From contig JAYPJF010000001.1 in assembly GCA_038128225.1 (NCBI GenBank), positions 240,419-304,418 of the forward strand: 64,000 nucleotides of DNA, written 5' to 3'. Positions 10,042 to 18,950 of this stretch are shown one piece after another. Source of the stretch: a bacterium (GTDB taxonomy: Bacteria; Patescibacteriota; Minisyncoccia; Phycocordibacterales; UBA2100). The notes beneath the pieces were generated by a model. It made no database searches and was not told where the DNA came from. It saw nothing but the letters and a program-made list of their open reading frames with translations. The position numbers were made by a program, and so were the translations under genes. Within the stretch, counting starts at the first letter, position 1. Each line of letters opens with the position of its first letter.

Positions 10042-10449
10042 TTATGGAGTTGAAACGTTACTGCATCCGGCGCTGTAATTGGGGATCGTGTCAGTTTCGA
10101 GGCAAAAAGTTATTGAGTATGAAGACCCGCCTGCATCTGATTGGTAATCATATGTATATGTTGGATACTGAGGATCCAGCGGGATGGTTGGTAACGCATC
10201 AGCGGCAACGAGCGCGCTTGAAACCGCATCTGCCCCGGTGAGTGGCGTGCTAGCCACCGCAATAGGAAACGTGCTATTCAAAATAGTATACAAACCAAGT
10301 GCGTTGTGGAGTTCTTGCACGTCTTGCATTCTTCGAGCATCGCGACCGCGTTTCCGTACTTCGTTGTACGATGCGAGCCCGATCGCGGTGAGCATTCCGA
10401 TAATGGCGATTACCACCAGGAGTTCGATAAGTGAAAATCCGCGCGACAT
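10042..10449 (-). CDS. Type IV pilin / GspG-like pseudopilin
   Basis: Prepilin cleavage/methylation motif MSRG|FSLIELLVVIAIIG, RDARR motif, C-terminal Cys pair. Start reassigned to ATG 10449, which is preceded by TACAAT-N6. Confidence 0.92.
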   Translation of the reverse strand: MSRGFSLIELLVVIAIIGMLTAIGLASYNEVRKRGRDARRMQDVQELHNALGLYTILNSTFPIAVASTPLTGADAVSSALVAADALPTIPLDPQYPTYTYDYQSDAGGSSYSITFCLETDTIPNYSAGCSNVSTP

Positions 10450-10500
10450 ACCAGAATTGTAGTATGGCTCAGAGTCTGTCTCAATACTATGATAGTGTAT

Positions 10501-11556
10501 ATGGCTTTCGAAACACGAAAACAACAAGGAGAACATCACCCGCTTGTGGTCACTATTGGCGGCGGAACGGGGCACTTCGTGCTTCTTTCGGGATTAAAGG
10601 AAAAACCGGTACGCATTTCAGCAATCGTATCAATGGCTGACGATGGCGGTTCTTCTGGAGCATTAAGAGATGAAATGGGTGTTCTTCCGCCAGGGGATGT
10701 GCGCCAATGTCTTGCGGCGCTTTCGTACGAAACTCCAGTGTTGCGCGAATTGTTTAGCTACCGTTTTCCTGATGGGCCAGCAAAGGGGCATGCGTTTGGC
10801 AATTTGTTTTTATCCGCACTCGAGCGTGTCACAGGGAGTTTTGCTGAAGCAGTGCGCGAGGCTGCGCGCATTCTTGCCGTTGCGGGTGAAATTATTCCCG
10901 TAACAGGCGAAGATATGCGTCTTCGCATTCAGCTTAATGATGGCACTCATGTAGTGGGGGAACATTTTCTTGATAACAACGAGCATGTGCGCGAAGTGGG
11001 GGTACAAGGTATTGCGCTTGAACACCCGGTGAGCGCTGATCCAGTTGCTGTCAGTCGAATTTTAGAAGCTGACATCATTGTTATTGGTCCTGGAGATTTA
11101 TACGGAAGTGTAGTGCCACCGATACTCATCCCCGCCATTGCGCGTGCGCTGAGAGAAAGCAAGGCACATATGGTATATGTGGCGAATTTGACAAACAAAC
11201 GCGGACAAACGGAAGGATTCCAAGCACGAGATTACGTGCGAGTACTCCATCACTATATCGGTTCGCATGTAATCGATACGGTGATTTGTAACAATGAAAA
11301 ACCGCCCGTGCATTTAGCGGCGCGGTACGAAGAAAGAGAAGGGAAAGGCATGTTTGTTGAATGCGGGCGTAGCCCACACGATCCTTATGAGTGTGTAGAG
11401 AAAAACATCCTCTCGTCAGACATGCATGTGGTACACCACTTTGAAGCACAGGGTTCTGTGCGGTCGTTTATTCGCCACGACCCTACGAGATTGGCGTCGG
11501 CGTTGATGGAAATTATCGAACGATATTATCCAAGCTCCAGTGGCCAGGACCGGTAA
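10501..11556 (+). CDS. YvcK/GlmR (UPF0052, CofD-like) family protein
   Basis: VTIGGGTG, DDGGSSG, PPGDVRQCL, GHAFGNLFL and RHDP motifs. Confidence 0.92.
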   Translation: MAFETRKQQGEHHPLVVTIGGGTGHFVLLSGLKEKPVRISAIVSMADDGGSSGALRDEMGVLPPGDVRQCLAALSYETPVLRELFSYRFPDGPAKGHAFGNLFLSALERVTGSFAEAVREAARILAVAGEIIPVTGEDMRLRIQLNDGTHVVGEHFLDNNEHVREVGVQGIALEHPVSADPVAVSRILEADIIVIGPGDLYGSVVPPILIPAIARALRESKAHMVYVANLTNKRGQTEGFQARDYVRVLHHYIGSHVIDTVICNNEKPPVHLAARYEEREGKGMFVECGRSPHDPYECVEKNILSSDMHVVHHFEAQGSVRSFIRHDPTRLASALMEIIERYYPSSSGQDR

Positions 11557-11884
11557 GAGCGAGTCCTAAAAATCCAAACGCGAGACCCCAGTCGCGCACA
11601 CCCACCGCAGTAAGGCCAAGCGAGAGGGCGATCAGTGCCAGATGCACACCCATTACCGTTGCACTTATGCGCGTAAAGAGGCCGAGTAAAAGCAAAAGAC
11701 CAAACGCGACCTCAGCAGCACCGTTCATGAGCACAAGGGTTTTGGCGTCCACCAGAAGAGTTGTGGTCGCGATGTCGGGCACGTATCCTACCCAAGAGAG
11801 CGGGTCAATAAGCTGTTGTGCACCGAACCATAACAAGACACCACTCAATCCCAATCGGATGATGAGTAATCCGTACGAGGTCAT
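11513..11884 (-). CDS. DoxX family membrane protein
   Basis: Four hydrophobic segments with R..L..VLLWFG, E...GLLLLLGLFTR and RD motifs. Start reassigned to ATG 11884, adjacent to the upstream stop. Confidence 0.85.
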   Translation of the reverse strand: MTSYGLLIIRLGLSGVLLWFGAQQLIDPLSWVGYVPDIATTTLLVDAKTLVLMNGAAEVAFGLLLLLGLFTRISATVMGVHLALIALSLGLTAVGVRDWGLAFGFLGLALTGPGHWSLDNIVR

Positions 11885-11885
11885 G

Positions 11886-12368
11886 TTACTGCGCGTACGC
11901 TCCCTCATTCACTCCTTCACGCATCAAGCGGTTCTCTTGCTTTGTTCCGTGTTTTTTATTAAACGCCGCAGTGAACTCGTCAGCGGTGCCGCAATAAGGA
12001 GCGATTGCACCGGCTGATCCAGGGTGTCTCGGTAACCAATTGGTGATGTCGTACACAACTCCTTTATAAGCGACCCAACAGTCTTTCTGTGTATTGTGTG
12101 TTGCGAGTACCGAACGGGTGATTGCTTGTGGCGCGGTTCCGGTTCCTTGTGTTGCTGGTGGTGTACTTGGCACAGTTGCCGTAACGTCGGCAGAAGATCC
12201 TTGGCTCGGCGTCGGGTTCTCGTCGGTGACTGTACCCACGACAGGTGTATCGCTATCAAAAGGACTGGTCTCCTCTTGTTGGGAAGTGGAGGTGGTCGGT
12301 GCTTGCATTTGCCAGGCAAAGAGCCCTCCTGCCAAAATAATAATTCCGACTAGAAATAAGTATTTCAT
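11886..12368 (-). CDS. Membrane-anchored cytochrome b5-like heme/steroid-binding domain protein
   Basis: N-terminal TM/signal, Thr/Pro linker, then HNTQKDCWVAYKGVVYDITNWLPRHPG..CG..F..KH, the b5 signature with two His ligands. Confidence 0.9.
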   Translation of the reverse strand: MKYLFLVGIIILAGGLFAWQMQAPTTSTSQQEETSPFDSDTPVVGTVTDENPTPSQGSSADVTATVPSTPPATQGTGTAPQAITRSVLATHNTQKDCWVAYKGVVYDITNWLPRHPGSAGAIAPYCGTADEFTAAFNKKHGTKQENRLMREGVNEGAYAQ

Positions 12369-12565
12369 GATGGTTGTTTTATTGATAACTATACTTTGTT
12401 AGCCCTATTCGAGCTGGTGCGTCTACCAGGCACACCTCGATACAGTACCATAAGAATAATGATGACAACACTCTCGCGACGCATAAGAATATTCGGCGAC
12501 GCAGTAAACGAACTCGCGCACACTCTCATGTGTGCAAACTGATAGTATGACACTACACTAAGACT

Positions 12566-13621
12566 ATGCGAAGAGTTGTTTTTATCGTGCTTTTTGCTTG
12601 TGTGTTTTTTTGCGTGGGCGCTTCATATGTGGTTGGCCTATCTGTAGAAGAAGCGGTTCCGAAGCGTGGTGTTGTTGTTCCGCAATTGTTGCAAGAAGAA
12701 GCGCCATGTCCTGATTCGCTCTTGTGTTGGCAGGAATTTTATGAGAACGCAGCACAAAAAAATCCCCTGCGCGCTCTCCAGGATCTTAAGGCACGCTACC
12801 TCGAAAGGGGAGATGTGCTGCAAAATTGTCACACACTACTGCATGTGGTTGGGCGCGCTGCGGCCGCGCATTACGGTTCGGTTGCGCGCGCATACAAGTA
12901 CGGTGACATGTTTTGTCGCTCAGGGTATTACCACGGCGTTCTTGAACACGTATTTGCTGACCAAGATCCACAACAAGCACTCGTCGGGCTGGATGCGATT
13001 TGTGAAAAAGTACCAGGAAAAAATACACGTTCGTACGATTATTTTGCGTGTGTCCACGGCGTCGGGCACGGACTCATGGCGCTTTATGAACACGAACTTT
13101 TTGACGCGCTTAAAGGGTGTAAACATTTGACTGGTGAGTGGGAGCAGTCTGCGTGCTACGGGGGCGTGTTCATGGAAAACGTAATTGCAGACACCAATGA
13201 TGTGCCGTCGCTGTATCTTGACCCTGAAAATTTAGTCTACCCGTGTGATGTTGTGGATGAAGAAGAGCGAGGGCAGTGTTTTATGATGCAAAGCTCTTAC
13301 ATGCTCAAGAAAAATGGAGGCAACTTTATCGATGCGTTTGAACGCTGCGCGAATGTTGATGAAAAATTTAAAAGCACTTGTTTTTTAAGTATTGGGCGCG
13401 ACGCATCTGGCTGGGGAGGGGCGCGCGTTGAGGCAACGGCAAACTACTGTTTGAAGGGGCGCACTTATGAAGAACGAAGCTACTGTTTCTGGGGCGCTGC
13501 CGATGATTTTGTAGCGCAATATGATTCAGATGCAGAAGCAAAGCAATTGTGCGAGAAGTCTGACGCCGAGTTTGTTTCGCATTGCAAAAAGCTGGTTGGG
13601 GATTACTATGCGACATTTTGA
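12566..13621 (+). CDS. Exported Cys/His-rich hypothetical protein
   Basis: N-terminal hydrophobic segment; repeated CH...H..G, C..GYYHG, CVHGVGHG and CYGGVFME motifs with regularly spaced Cys. Confidence 0.8.
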   Translation: MRRVVFIVLFACVFFCVGASYVVGLSVEEAVPKRGVVVPQLLQEEAPCPDSLLCWQEFYENAAQKNPLRALQDLKARYLERGDVLQNCHTLLHVVGRAAAAHYGSVARAYKYGDMFCRSGYYHGVLEHVFADQDPQQALVGLDAICEKVPGKNTRSYDYFACVHGVGHGLMALYEHELFDALKGCKHLTGEWEQSACYGGVFMENVIADTNDVPSLYLDPENLVYPCDVVDEEERGQCFMMQSSYMLKKNGGNFIDAFERCANVDEKFKSTCFLSIGRDASGWGGARVEATANYCLKGRTYEERSYCFWGAADDFVAQYDSDAEAKQLCEKSDAEFVSHCKKLVGDYYATF

Positions 13622-13674
13622 TTTTTTTGGAAATCGTGGTACGAAGATTAGAGTGTAGTGTATGGAGGCTTCCA

Positions 13675-14061
13675 ATGGCGAGGACTAAAGATTCTGCTCG
13701 TGTCGTGAAAGCGTATGTGACGTCACATAAAGTCCCCAAGAAGGACTTCAAAAAATTGGTCGGCACTGTGCGGGCGACGTTCGAGAAGCTTGGGCGTACG
13801 TCTGCGACCAAGACGCGAATACCAGCAGTCTCGATTGAGGCGTCGGTTCTATCCAATAGAATTGCATGTCTCGAATGTGGGCGCTGGTACAAGACACTCA
13901 AGCCCCATATTCGCCTCACACATAATATGACTGTCGAACAATACAGGAAGCGGTGGGAACTTCCATTCAGCTATCCGTTTGTGGCGCCAGAATACAGGCA
14001 GAAACGGTCACTGCTTTCTCGAAAAGCCGCACTCAGGCAGAAGTTCGAGCGAAATTCGTAG
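13675..14061 (+). CDS. Ros/MucR family transcriptional regulator
   Basis: PAVSIEASV..IACLECGRWYKTLKPHIRLTH..YRKRWELP..YPFVAPEY..RS is the MucR zinc-finger signature; GGAGG precedes ATG 13675. Confidence 0.92.
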   Translation: MARTKDSARVVKAYVTSHKVPKKDFKKLVGTVRATFEKLGRTSATKTRIPAVSIEASVLSNRIACLECGRWYKTLKPHIRLTHNMTVEQYRKRWELPFSYPFVAPEYRQKRSLLSRKAALRQKFERNS

Positions 14062-14078
14062 GTTTTTGAGTACATATA

Positions 14079-14108
14079 AGCAGCCCCGTGTGGGCTGCTC
14101 TGTTTTTG
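14079..14108 (+). terminator. Intrinsic terminator after mucR-like gene
   Basis: AGCAGCCC-cgtgt-GGGCTGCT stem followed by a T-rich tract. Confidence 0.7.
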
Positions 14109-14191
14109 CTACTTCCGATTTTTCTAGCGATGCGCAAATTTAACAAGTTTAACGATAAATACATATTGACAAACGATAAGATGCAAACTAG

Positions 14192-14470
14192 GGCTTCTAC
14201 GTTACGGCAAATATGACGCTACGCTTGGCAAAACGAGCGAAAGCTATATTTGAAAGTTCGCAACCAGAGGAAAAACGCAAACTTTTGAGTTTCTTACTTG
14301 CGAACTCAACACTGCACGGAAAAAACCTAACGTTTACAATGCGTTCTCCCTTTGATGTGATGTTTTCTAATACCCATCATATGACTATGCGGCGAGAGTT
14401 AGATGCTGTTAGAACGTACTTTCAGAGTAGCAAAAATCATGAGTTATTCCCAAATTTCGCTATTTCCTAA
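14192..14470 (+). pseudogene. C-terminal remnant of a large serine recombinase
   Basis: In-frame GFYVTANMTLRLAKRAKAIFESSQPEEKRKLLSFLLANSTLHGKNL..PF resembles C-termini of large serine recombinases. No catalytic N-terminus; AT-rich context near tRNA-Ser. Confidence 0.65.
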
Positions 14471-15116
14471 ACTCAAAGACGTAAAAGTTGAAATCCTCTT
14501 TGTGTGGTTTTTTGTAAGTATTGGCTAGTGCGTACCCATTTTCTTTAGCCAACTTGAAAGGAAGACCGACATCAATATCTGCAAAGTCTGCCCAACCAAA
14601 GTAGATCTTTCCGTTCGGTTTGAGATACGCACCAACCTCCTTGAAAAACTTTTGCTTCGTCTCGTCTTCTGGGTCCCAAAACATCCGATCGATATTATCT
14701 CGCACCTCATGCTTTGTGTAAGGCGGATTACAGATAATAACATCGAATTGTCCTTCTACTTTTTCAAATACATTCGATAAGAAAAAACTGACATTTGTAA
14801 CACCTTGCGCTTGCGCATTGCGCCTACTGTTTTCTACTGCTCGCTCATTGATATCTATCCCAACTCCTTGTGCTGCACGTTTCGCAGTTGCAATCGAAAC
14901 TACTCCTGTACCGCATCCAATTTCCAAGAAGTTCTGATTTTTCGTGATCTCTACTGATCCCGCCATCAAATCAGAGTCACCAGAGGTTTGATAAACTCCC
15001 GGTTCCACTATGATTTTCATACCACAGCATTCAACTTCAAAAGGTTGACCAGTGTGTCTTTCCTCCAGTCTGTTCGCTTGACGAGGGATCGAATAAAAAT
15101 CGCTCTGTTTGATCAT
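14460..15116 (-). CDS. Class I SAM-dependent methyltransferase (HemK/MTS-like)
   Basis: LEIGCGTG motif I, DIN, and FDVIICNPPY motif IV; lower GC than neighbours. Confidence 0.9.
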   Translation of the reverse strand: MIKQSDFYSIPRQANRLEERHTGQPFEVECCGMKIIVEPGVYQTSGDSDLMAGSVEITKNQNFLEIGCGTGVVSIATAKRAAQGVGIDINERAVENSRRNAQAQGVTNVSFFLSNVFEKVEGQFDVIICNPPYTKHEVRDNIDRMFWDPEDETKQKFFKEVGAYLKPNGKIYFGWADFADIDVGLPFKLAKENGYALANTYKKPHKEDFNFYVFEFRK

Positions 15117-15171
15117 TTCTTTATTTTATCAAAAATTATGTAATAAGTTCGAATCCCTCTTTCCTCAAACA

Positions 15172-15200
15172 AAAACAACCCTATGAATAAGGGTGTTTCT
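15172..15200 (-). terminator. Terminator downstream of tRNA-Ser
   Basis: Minus strand AAACACCCT..AGGGTTGTTT imperfect stem followed by a T run, directly after the tRNA. Confidence 0.55.
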
Positions 15201-15205
15201 GACTG

Positions 15206-15290
15206 CGGAGAGGGTGGGATTCGAACCCACGGTCCCTTGCGAGACTCTTGTTTTCAAGACAAGTGCGATAGACCACTCTGCCACCTCTCC
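15206..15290 (-). tRNA. tRNA-Ser(UGA)
   Basis: GGAGAGG/CCTCTCC acceptor stem, CTTGT-CTTGAAA-ACAAG anticodon arm, long variable arm, GTTCGAATC T-loop, G73. Confidence 0.97.
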
Positions 15291-15391
15291 ATTCCTTTCC
15301 CAAACGCGACACAATTTTCTGGAAATAGGAAATCCAGTTACTGCATAGTACGTATTTCTTGTATTACCGCAAATAATGCTATGCTTCCTGG

Positions 15392-15820
15392 GTGAAATAC
15401 ATAGGCTTAGATTTCGGAGAGAAACGAATTGGTATTGCGATCTCTGATGAAAACGGGACAATTGCGTTTCCGCACTCAGTTGTTCCAAATAACCAAGATG
15501 CCGTTAAGACCATATTGGATTTAGTCGAACATGTCCGAGCAGGGTCAGTTGTTATTGGTGATACAAAAACAGGTTCGGGAGAACCTAATAGTGTCACACA
15601 TAAGCTTAAGGAATTCATTGAACCACTTACCGCGGCTGGCTGCACCATCACCACAGTGCCCGAACTTGGTTCAACAGGGGCAGCCCGCGCGGTTTTTGCG
15701 CACGCGGAAGGAGCACCGCGAGGGGAAGTGCAATCTCCGGTATACCACACTATTGATAACCTTGACGCGCAAGCGGCGGCCGTGATTCTGCAGCGCTATT
15801 TAGATATACACAAGCGCTAA
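15392..15820 (+). CDS. ruvX: RuvX/YqgF pre-16S rRNA nuclease
   Basis: IGLDFGEKRIGIAISD, E..ST and D..AAAVILQRYLD motifs. Confidence 0.92.
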   Translation: MKYIGLDFGEKRIGIAISDENGTIAFPHSVVPNNQDAVKTILDLVEHVRAGSVVIGDTKTGSGEPNSVTHKLKEFIEPLTAAGCTITTVPELGSTGAARAVFAHAEGAPRGEVQSPVYHTIDNLDAQAAAVILQRYLDIHKR

Positions 15821-15854
15821 ATACATACTCGATAAATCTGTGTACTATTACGGC

Positions 15855-16808
15855 ATGCAGCAAATTTCCAGTGCTCGTGCGTGGATTGTAGTGCACGTTG
15901 TCGTGGCAGCGTTCTTTTATATGACATTTGTCAGTAGTGCATCTGCGGCAGGGTGCGACGCGGCGTATAAGCAGTGTATAGGACAGCCTGGTGCGAGTAA
16001 GTCCGCATGTATCGGGCAATGGAAATCATGCTTAACAGGACAGTGCATGAAGAGTGGGAACATATGCAATCAAGACTCTGAGTGTCAGATGTATTGTACA
16101 GAGGAAGGAACTTCAACTGGCGGAAAAATCTCATGTTGCTCAGGTGGACCGCAGATAGAACCGGGAGCTCCTAACCCGTGCCCTGACAAGATTGATGGTA
16201 AGTGTGAGGCAAAAATGCCGGAAATGATGATGGGAATGATGATGGGTGCGCCGATGCTTCCCATGCTTCCTATGATGATGCCGAAGATGGATATGCCAAT
16301 GATGATGATGCCAGACCCGTGCGAGACGGGCGGGTTTCGCTCAATTAGTGCTGATGGTACAGACCCGTGCGCAACAAAAAAGGATAAAAAATCGGCAAGT
16401 ACTACCGATGACACGCTTAAGAAGATTAAGGATGTCGCGGGGAAAAAAGATGAAACAGGGAAGTCGTATACGGAAGAGGACACTGCAAAAGAAGCAAAAG
16501 GACTTGGTTCTGTATTCGGGGCTTTCTTTGAAGGTGTAGACACAACATCTGCGCGTGACGGAGGAGACAAAACACAAGACACAACCAGCGGAGCTCTTAA
16601 CACATTTGGAAATGCCGTTTTGGGACAACAAAACACCACCGCTGTTTCTCAAACAATCGCACAGATAACCCAGGCAGTGCGCTCCGTTGCACAAACGATC
16701 ATTACAGGGTTTGACACGCTCGGTGCGCCTGCAGTGCAGCAGTTACAAAACGCACTTTCAGCAGCCACACTCGTTTTAAAGAGCCTCCTTGGTAGTCTTG
16801 GGCTCTAA
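15855..16808 (+). CDS. Secreted Cys-rich protein with Met/Pro-rich segment
   Basis: Signal peptide ending ASA, about 12 Cys in the N-terminal domain, MPEMMMGMMMGAPMLPMLPMMMPKMDMPMMMMP tract, amphipathic C-terminus. Confidence 0.8.
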   Translation: MQQISSARAWIVVHVVVAAFFYMTFVSSASAAGCDAAYKQCIGQPGASKSACIGQWKSCLTGQCMKSGNICNQDSECQMYCTEEGTSTGGKISCCSGGPQIEPGAPNPCPDKIDGKCEAKMPEMMMGMMMGAPMLPMLPMMMPKMDMPMMMMPDPCETGGFRSISADGTDPCATKKDKKSASTTDDTLKKIKDVAGKKDETGKSYTEEDTAKEAKGLGSVFGAFFEGVDTTSARDGGDKTQDTTSGALNTFGNAVLGQQNTTAVSQTIAQITQAVRSVAQTIITGFDTLGAPAVQQLQNALSAATLVLKSLLGSLGL

Positions 16809-16824
16809 TTGTTATACTGGCGCG

Positions 16825-17154
16825 ATGGTGACATACGAAGATTTCGCGGCACTTGAGTTTCGCGTTGGGCTAATACGCTCCGCAGAGCGTGTCCCAGAAA
16901 CGGACAAACTCATCAAATGTACGATTGATTTTGGACCTGAGATCGGCGAACGAACCATTGTTTCAGGAATTGCTGCGTGGGTTACTCCTGAGTCATTGGT
17001 TGGCAAAAAATTACCGTATATTGTTAATCTTGAACCGCGGGTTATCAAGGGGATTGAAAGCCAAGGTATGCTCCTCGCACTCTCTTATGGTGAGCGCTTG
17101 TCGCTTTTAGTACCAGAAAATACTGACGTGCCGCCTGGAACGCGTATTAAATAG
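16825..17154 (+). CDS. Stand-alone tRNA-binding OB-fold protein (Trbp111/CsaA/MetRS C-terminal-like)
   Basis: YEDFAALEFRVG..DKL..RTIVSGI..NLEPR..GIESQGMLL..PGTRIK. Confidence 0.92.
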   Translation: MVTYEDFAALEFRVGLIRSAERVPETDKLIKCTIDFGPEIGERTIVSGIAAWVTPESLVGKKLPYIVNLEPRVIKGIESQGMLLALSYGERLSLLVPENTDVPPGTRIK

Positions 17155-17157
17155 TGC

Positions 17158-17781
17158 ATGATAAAAAGTATTGAGGGGTTGGGTGTACGTGCGTATGAGC
17201 AGACGAAATTGTGGTGGCGGTATATAGAGCAGAAACTACGTGGGCAGTACGCGTTGGCGTGGTTCGGCGTTTTTTCTTTTGCTGAATCAATCTTCATCCC
17301 GTTTCCTGTCGACCCGTTAATGGGGGTTATGGTTGCTGCAAATCGGGCACGGTGGTGGTGGATCGGGTTGTTCACATCAATCACTTCAACACTTGGGGCA
17401 GCGTGCGGGTACTTGATCGGGGCCTATGGGCTCGGGTTGATCGAATTTTTTGCAGGATCAGCCGATCGGGCGCATTGGTTTTCGTTTGCCGAACGCACGT
17501 TTGTTGACAACACGGCGCTTCTTTCATTTGCAGCGGCGTTCACTCCTTTGCCTAATGGTCCAGTCGTCATTGCTGCGGGAGTTTTCGGGTCACCTATCGT
17601 AGCTTTTTTGGCTGCATGGTTTGTTGGAAGAACATTACGGTTTCTTGCAGTTGCGTACGTTGTCTATGAGTATGGAGAACGAGAACGTTCGTTACTACGC
17701 CGCACATTTTTTATCGGCACGACAGTACTTGCGGTCATGGTGCTTGGGATAGTGATCTACCAGGCTGTTCGTGCTCTCTAA
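17158..17781 (+). CDS. YqaA/DedA (VTT domain) membrane protein
   Basis: FSFAESIFIPFPVD, GY.IG, FTPLP and GR.LRF motifs. Confidence 0.88.
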   Translation: MIKSIEGLGVRAYEQTKLWWRYIEQKLRGQYALAWFGVFSFAESIFIPFPVDPLMGVMVAANRARWWWIGLFTSITSTLGAACGYLIGAYGLGLIEFFAGSADRAHWFSFAERTFVDNTALLSFAAAFTPLPNGPVVIAAGVFGSPIVAFLAAWFVGRTLRFLAVAYVVYEYGERERSLLRRTFFIGTTVLAVMVLGIVIYQAVRAL

Positions 17782-17811
17782 AACACTCTTGTTGTAGAGT
17801 ATACTAGTTCC

Positions 17812-18948
17812 ATGCACCCCGTATCTCTGCATGAAGAGCTCCTTTATGGGCGTGCGCGTGTGCACGAACACCCTGTATGGAAGCACTGGTTTCCGATTCC
17901 TCGCGTGTTTAATGCGCCGACACCGGGAATCGATATTTCTGACAGCTCAGTAAAGGCGATCACACTGAAACCCGCACGTTCCCGCGGATTTACTGTCGAG
18001 TTGTGTGTGTCTGAAAATGTGCCCGAGGGGACGGTTGTAGGCGGATTGGTGCGCGACCCGGAACGGTTGGGGGGAGTGTTGAAGACGTTATACGCAAAAA
18101 TGCCTCACGTGCATGGTGCCCACGTTGCGCTACCTGAAGAAGGGGCTTACGTCTTTAATATGCACATTGTTGATGTTCGGGACCCGGCACAGGTGCGCAC
18201 CATGATTGAATTTGAAATGGAGGGACGTGTACCTCTCAAGCTCGAGCGTGCGCGATATGATTACGATGTGATCTCGATCCAAAATGATGGTATGGGTGCG
18301 GAGATAGCGGTGTATGTGTTCCCGGGTGACTTAGTGCAGGATTATCTCAGCGCGTTTGCCTATGCGGGCGTCCCTGTGCGCTCTATGGAACTAGAAGCAC
18401 GTTCGATTGCGCGGGCAATTATTCCACCACACGAGCGTCAAACATTTCTTATTGCAGATTTTGGGCGCGCTCGTACGGGAGTTGCTATCGTTAAAAACGG
18501 AATCCCAATATTTACGAGTACTGTCGAGGTTGGAGGTGATTCTATGACCCGTATTTTGACTGAACAATTTAAGATGCCAGTTGAAGAAGCAGAAAATGCA
18601 AAAAATGAGTATGGGATCGAACAAGCGGCAAAACCAGAGTTTGCCGAGGCAATGATTGGCACTGCCTCTGCGCTTGCTGATGAGATCATAAAACATTTCC
18701 GCTACTGGGATACAAGGCGCGACGAGCGGGGCGAACGGATCACGCCTGTTTCCGGTGTTCTGCTCGTGGGCGGTAGTTCGAACTTAAAGGGTTTGGAGAC
18801 CTATCTTGCGGGGCGTGTTCAGGCGCGCACGCAGCTTGCAAACGTCTGGCACAACGTGTGCCATTTCGATGACTATATCCCACCAGTCGATAAGCACCAC
18901 TCTCTAGGGTATGCGACTGCGGTTGGGTTGGCACTTCGCGACGTATAA
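17812..18948 (+). CDS. pilM: Type IV pilus assembly ATPase-like protein PilM
   Basis: GIDISDSSVK, IADFGRART, VGG, LVGGSS and YATAVGLALR actin-fold motifs. Confidence 0.92.
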   Translation: MHPVSLHEELLYGRARVHEHPVWKHWFPIPRVFNAPTPGIDISDSSVKAITLKPARSRGFTVELCVSENVPEGTVVGGLVRDPERLGGVLKTLYAKMPHVHGAHVALPEEGAYVFNMHIVDVRDPAQVRTMIEFEMEGRVPLKLERARYDYDVISIQNDGMGAEIAVYVFPGDLVQDYLSAFAYAGVPVRSMELEARSIARAIIPPHERQTFLIADFGRARTGVAIVKNGIPIFTSTVEVGGDSMTRILTEQFKMPVEEAENAKNEYGIEQAAKPEFAEAMIGTASALADEIIKHFRYWDTRRDERGERITPVSGVLLVGGSSNLKGLETYLAGRVQARTQLANVWHNVCHFDDYIPPVDKHHSLGYATAVGLALRDV

Positions 18949-18950
18949 TT

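Noticed and set aside
12399-12484. 28-aa minus-strand ORF (MRRESVVIIILMVLYRG...) upstream of the cytochrome b5 gene
   Set aside because: No convincing RBS or leaderless signal, and it overlaps the likely promoter and leader hairpin.
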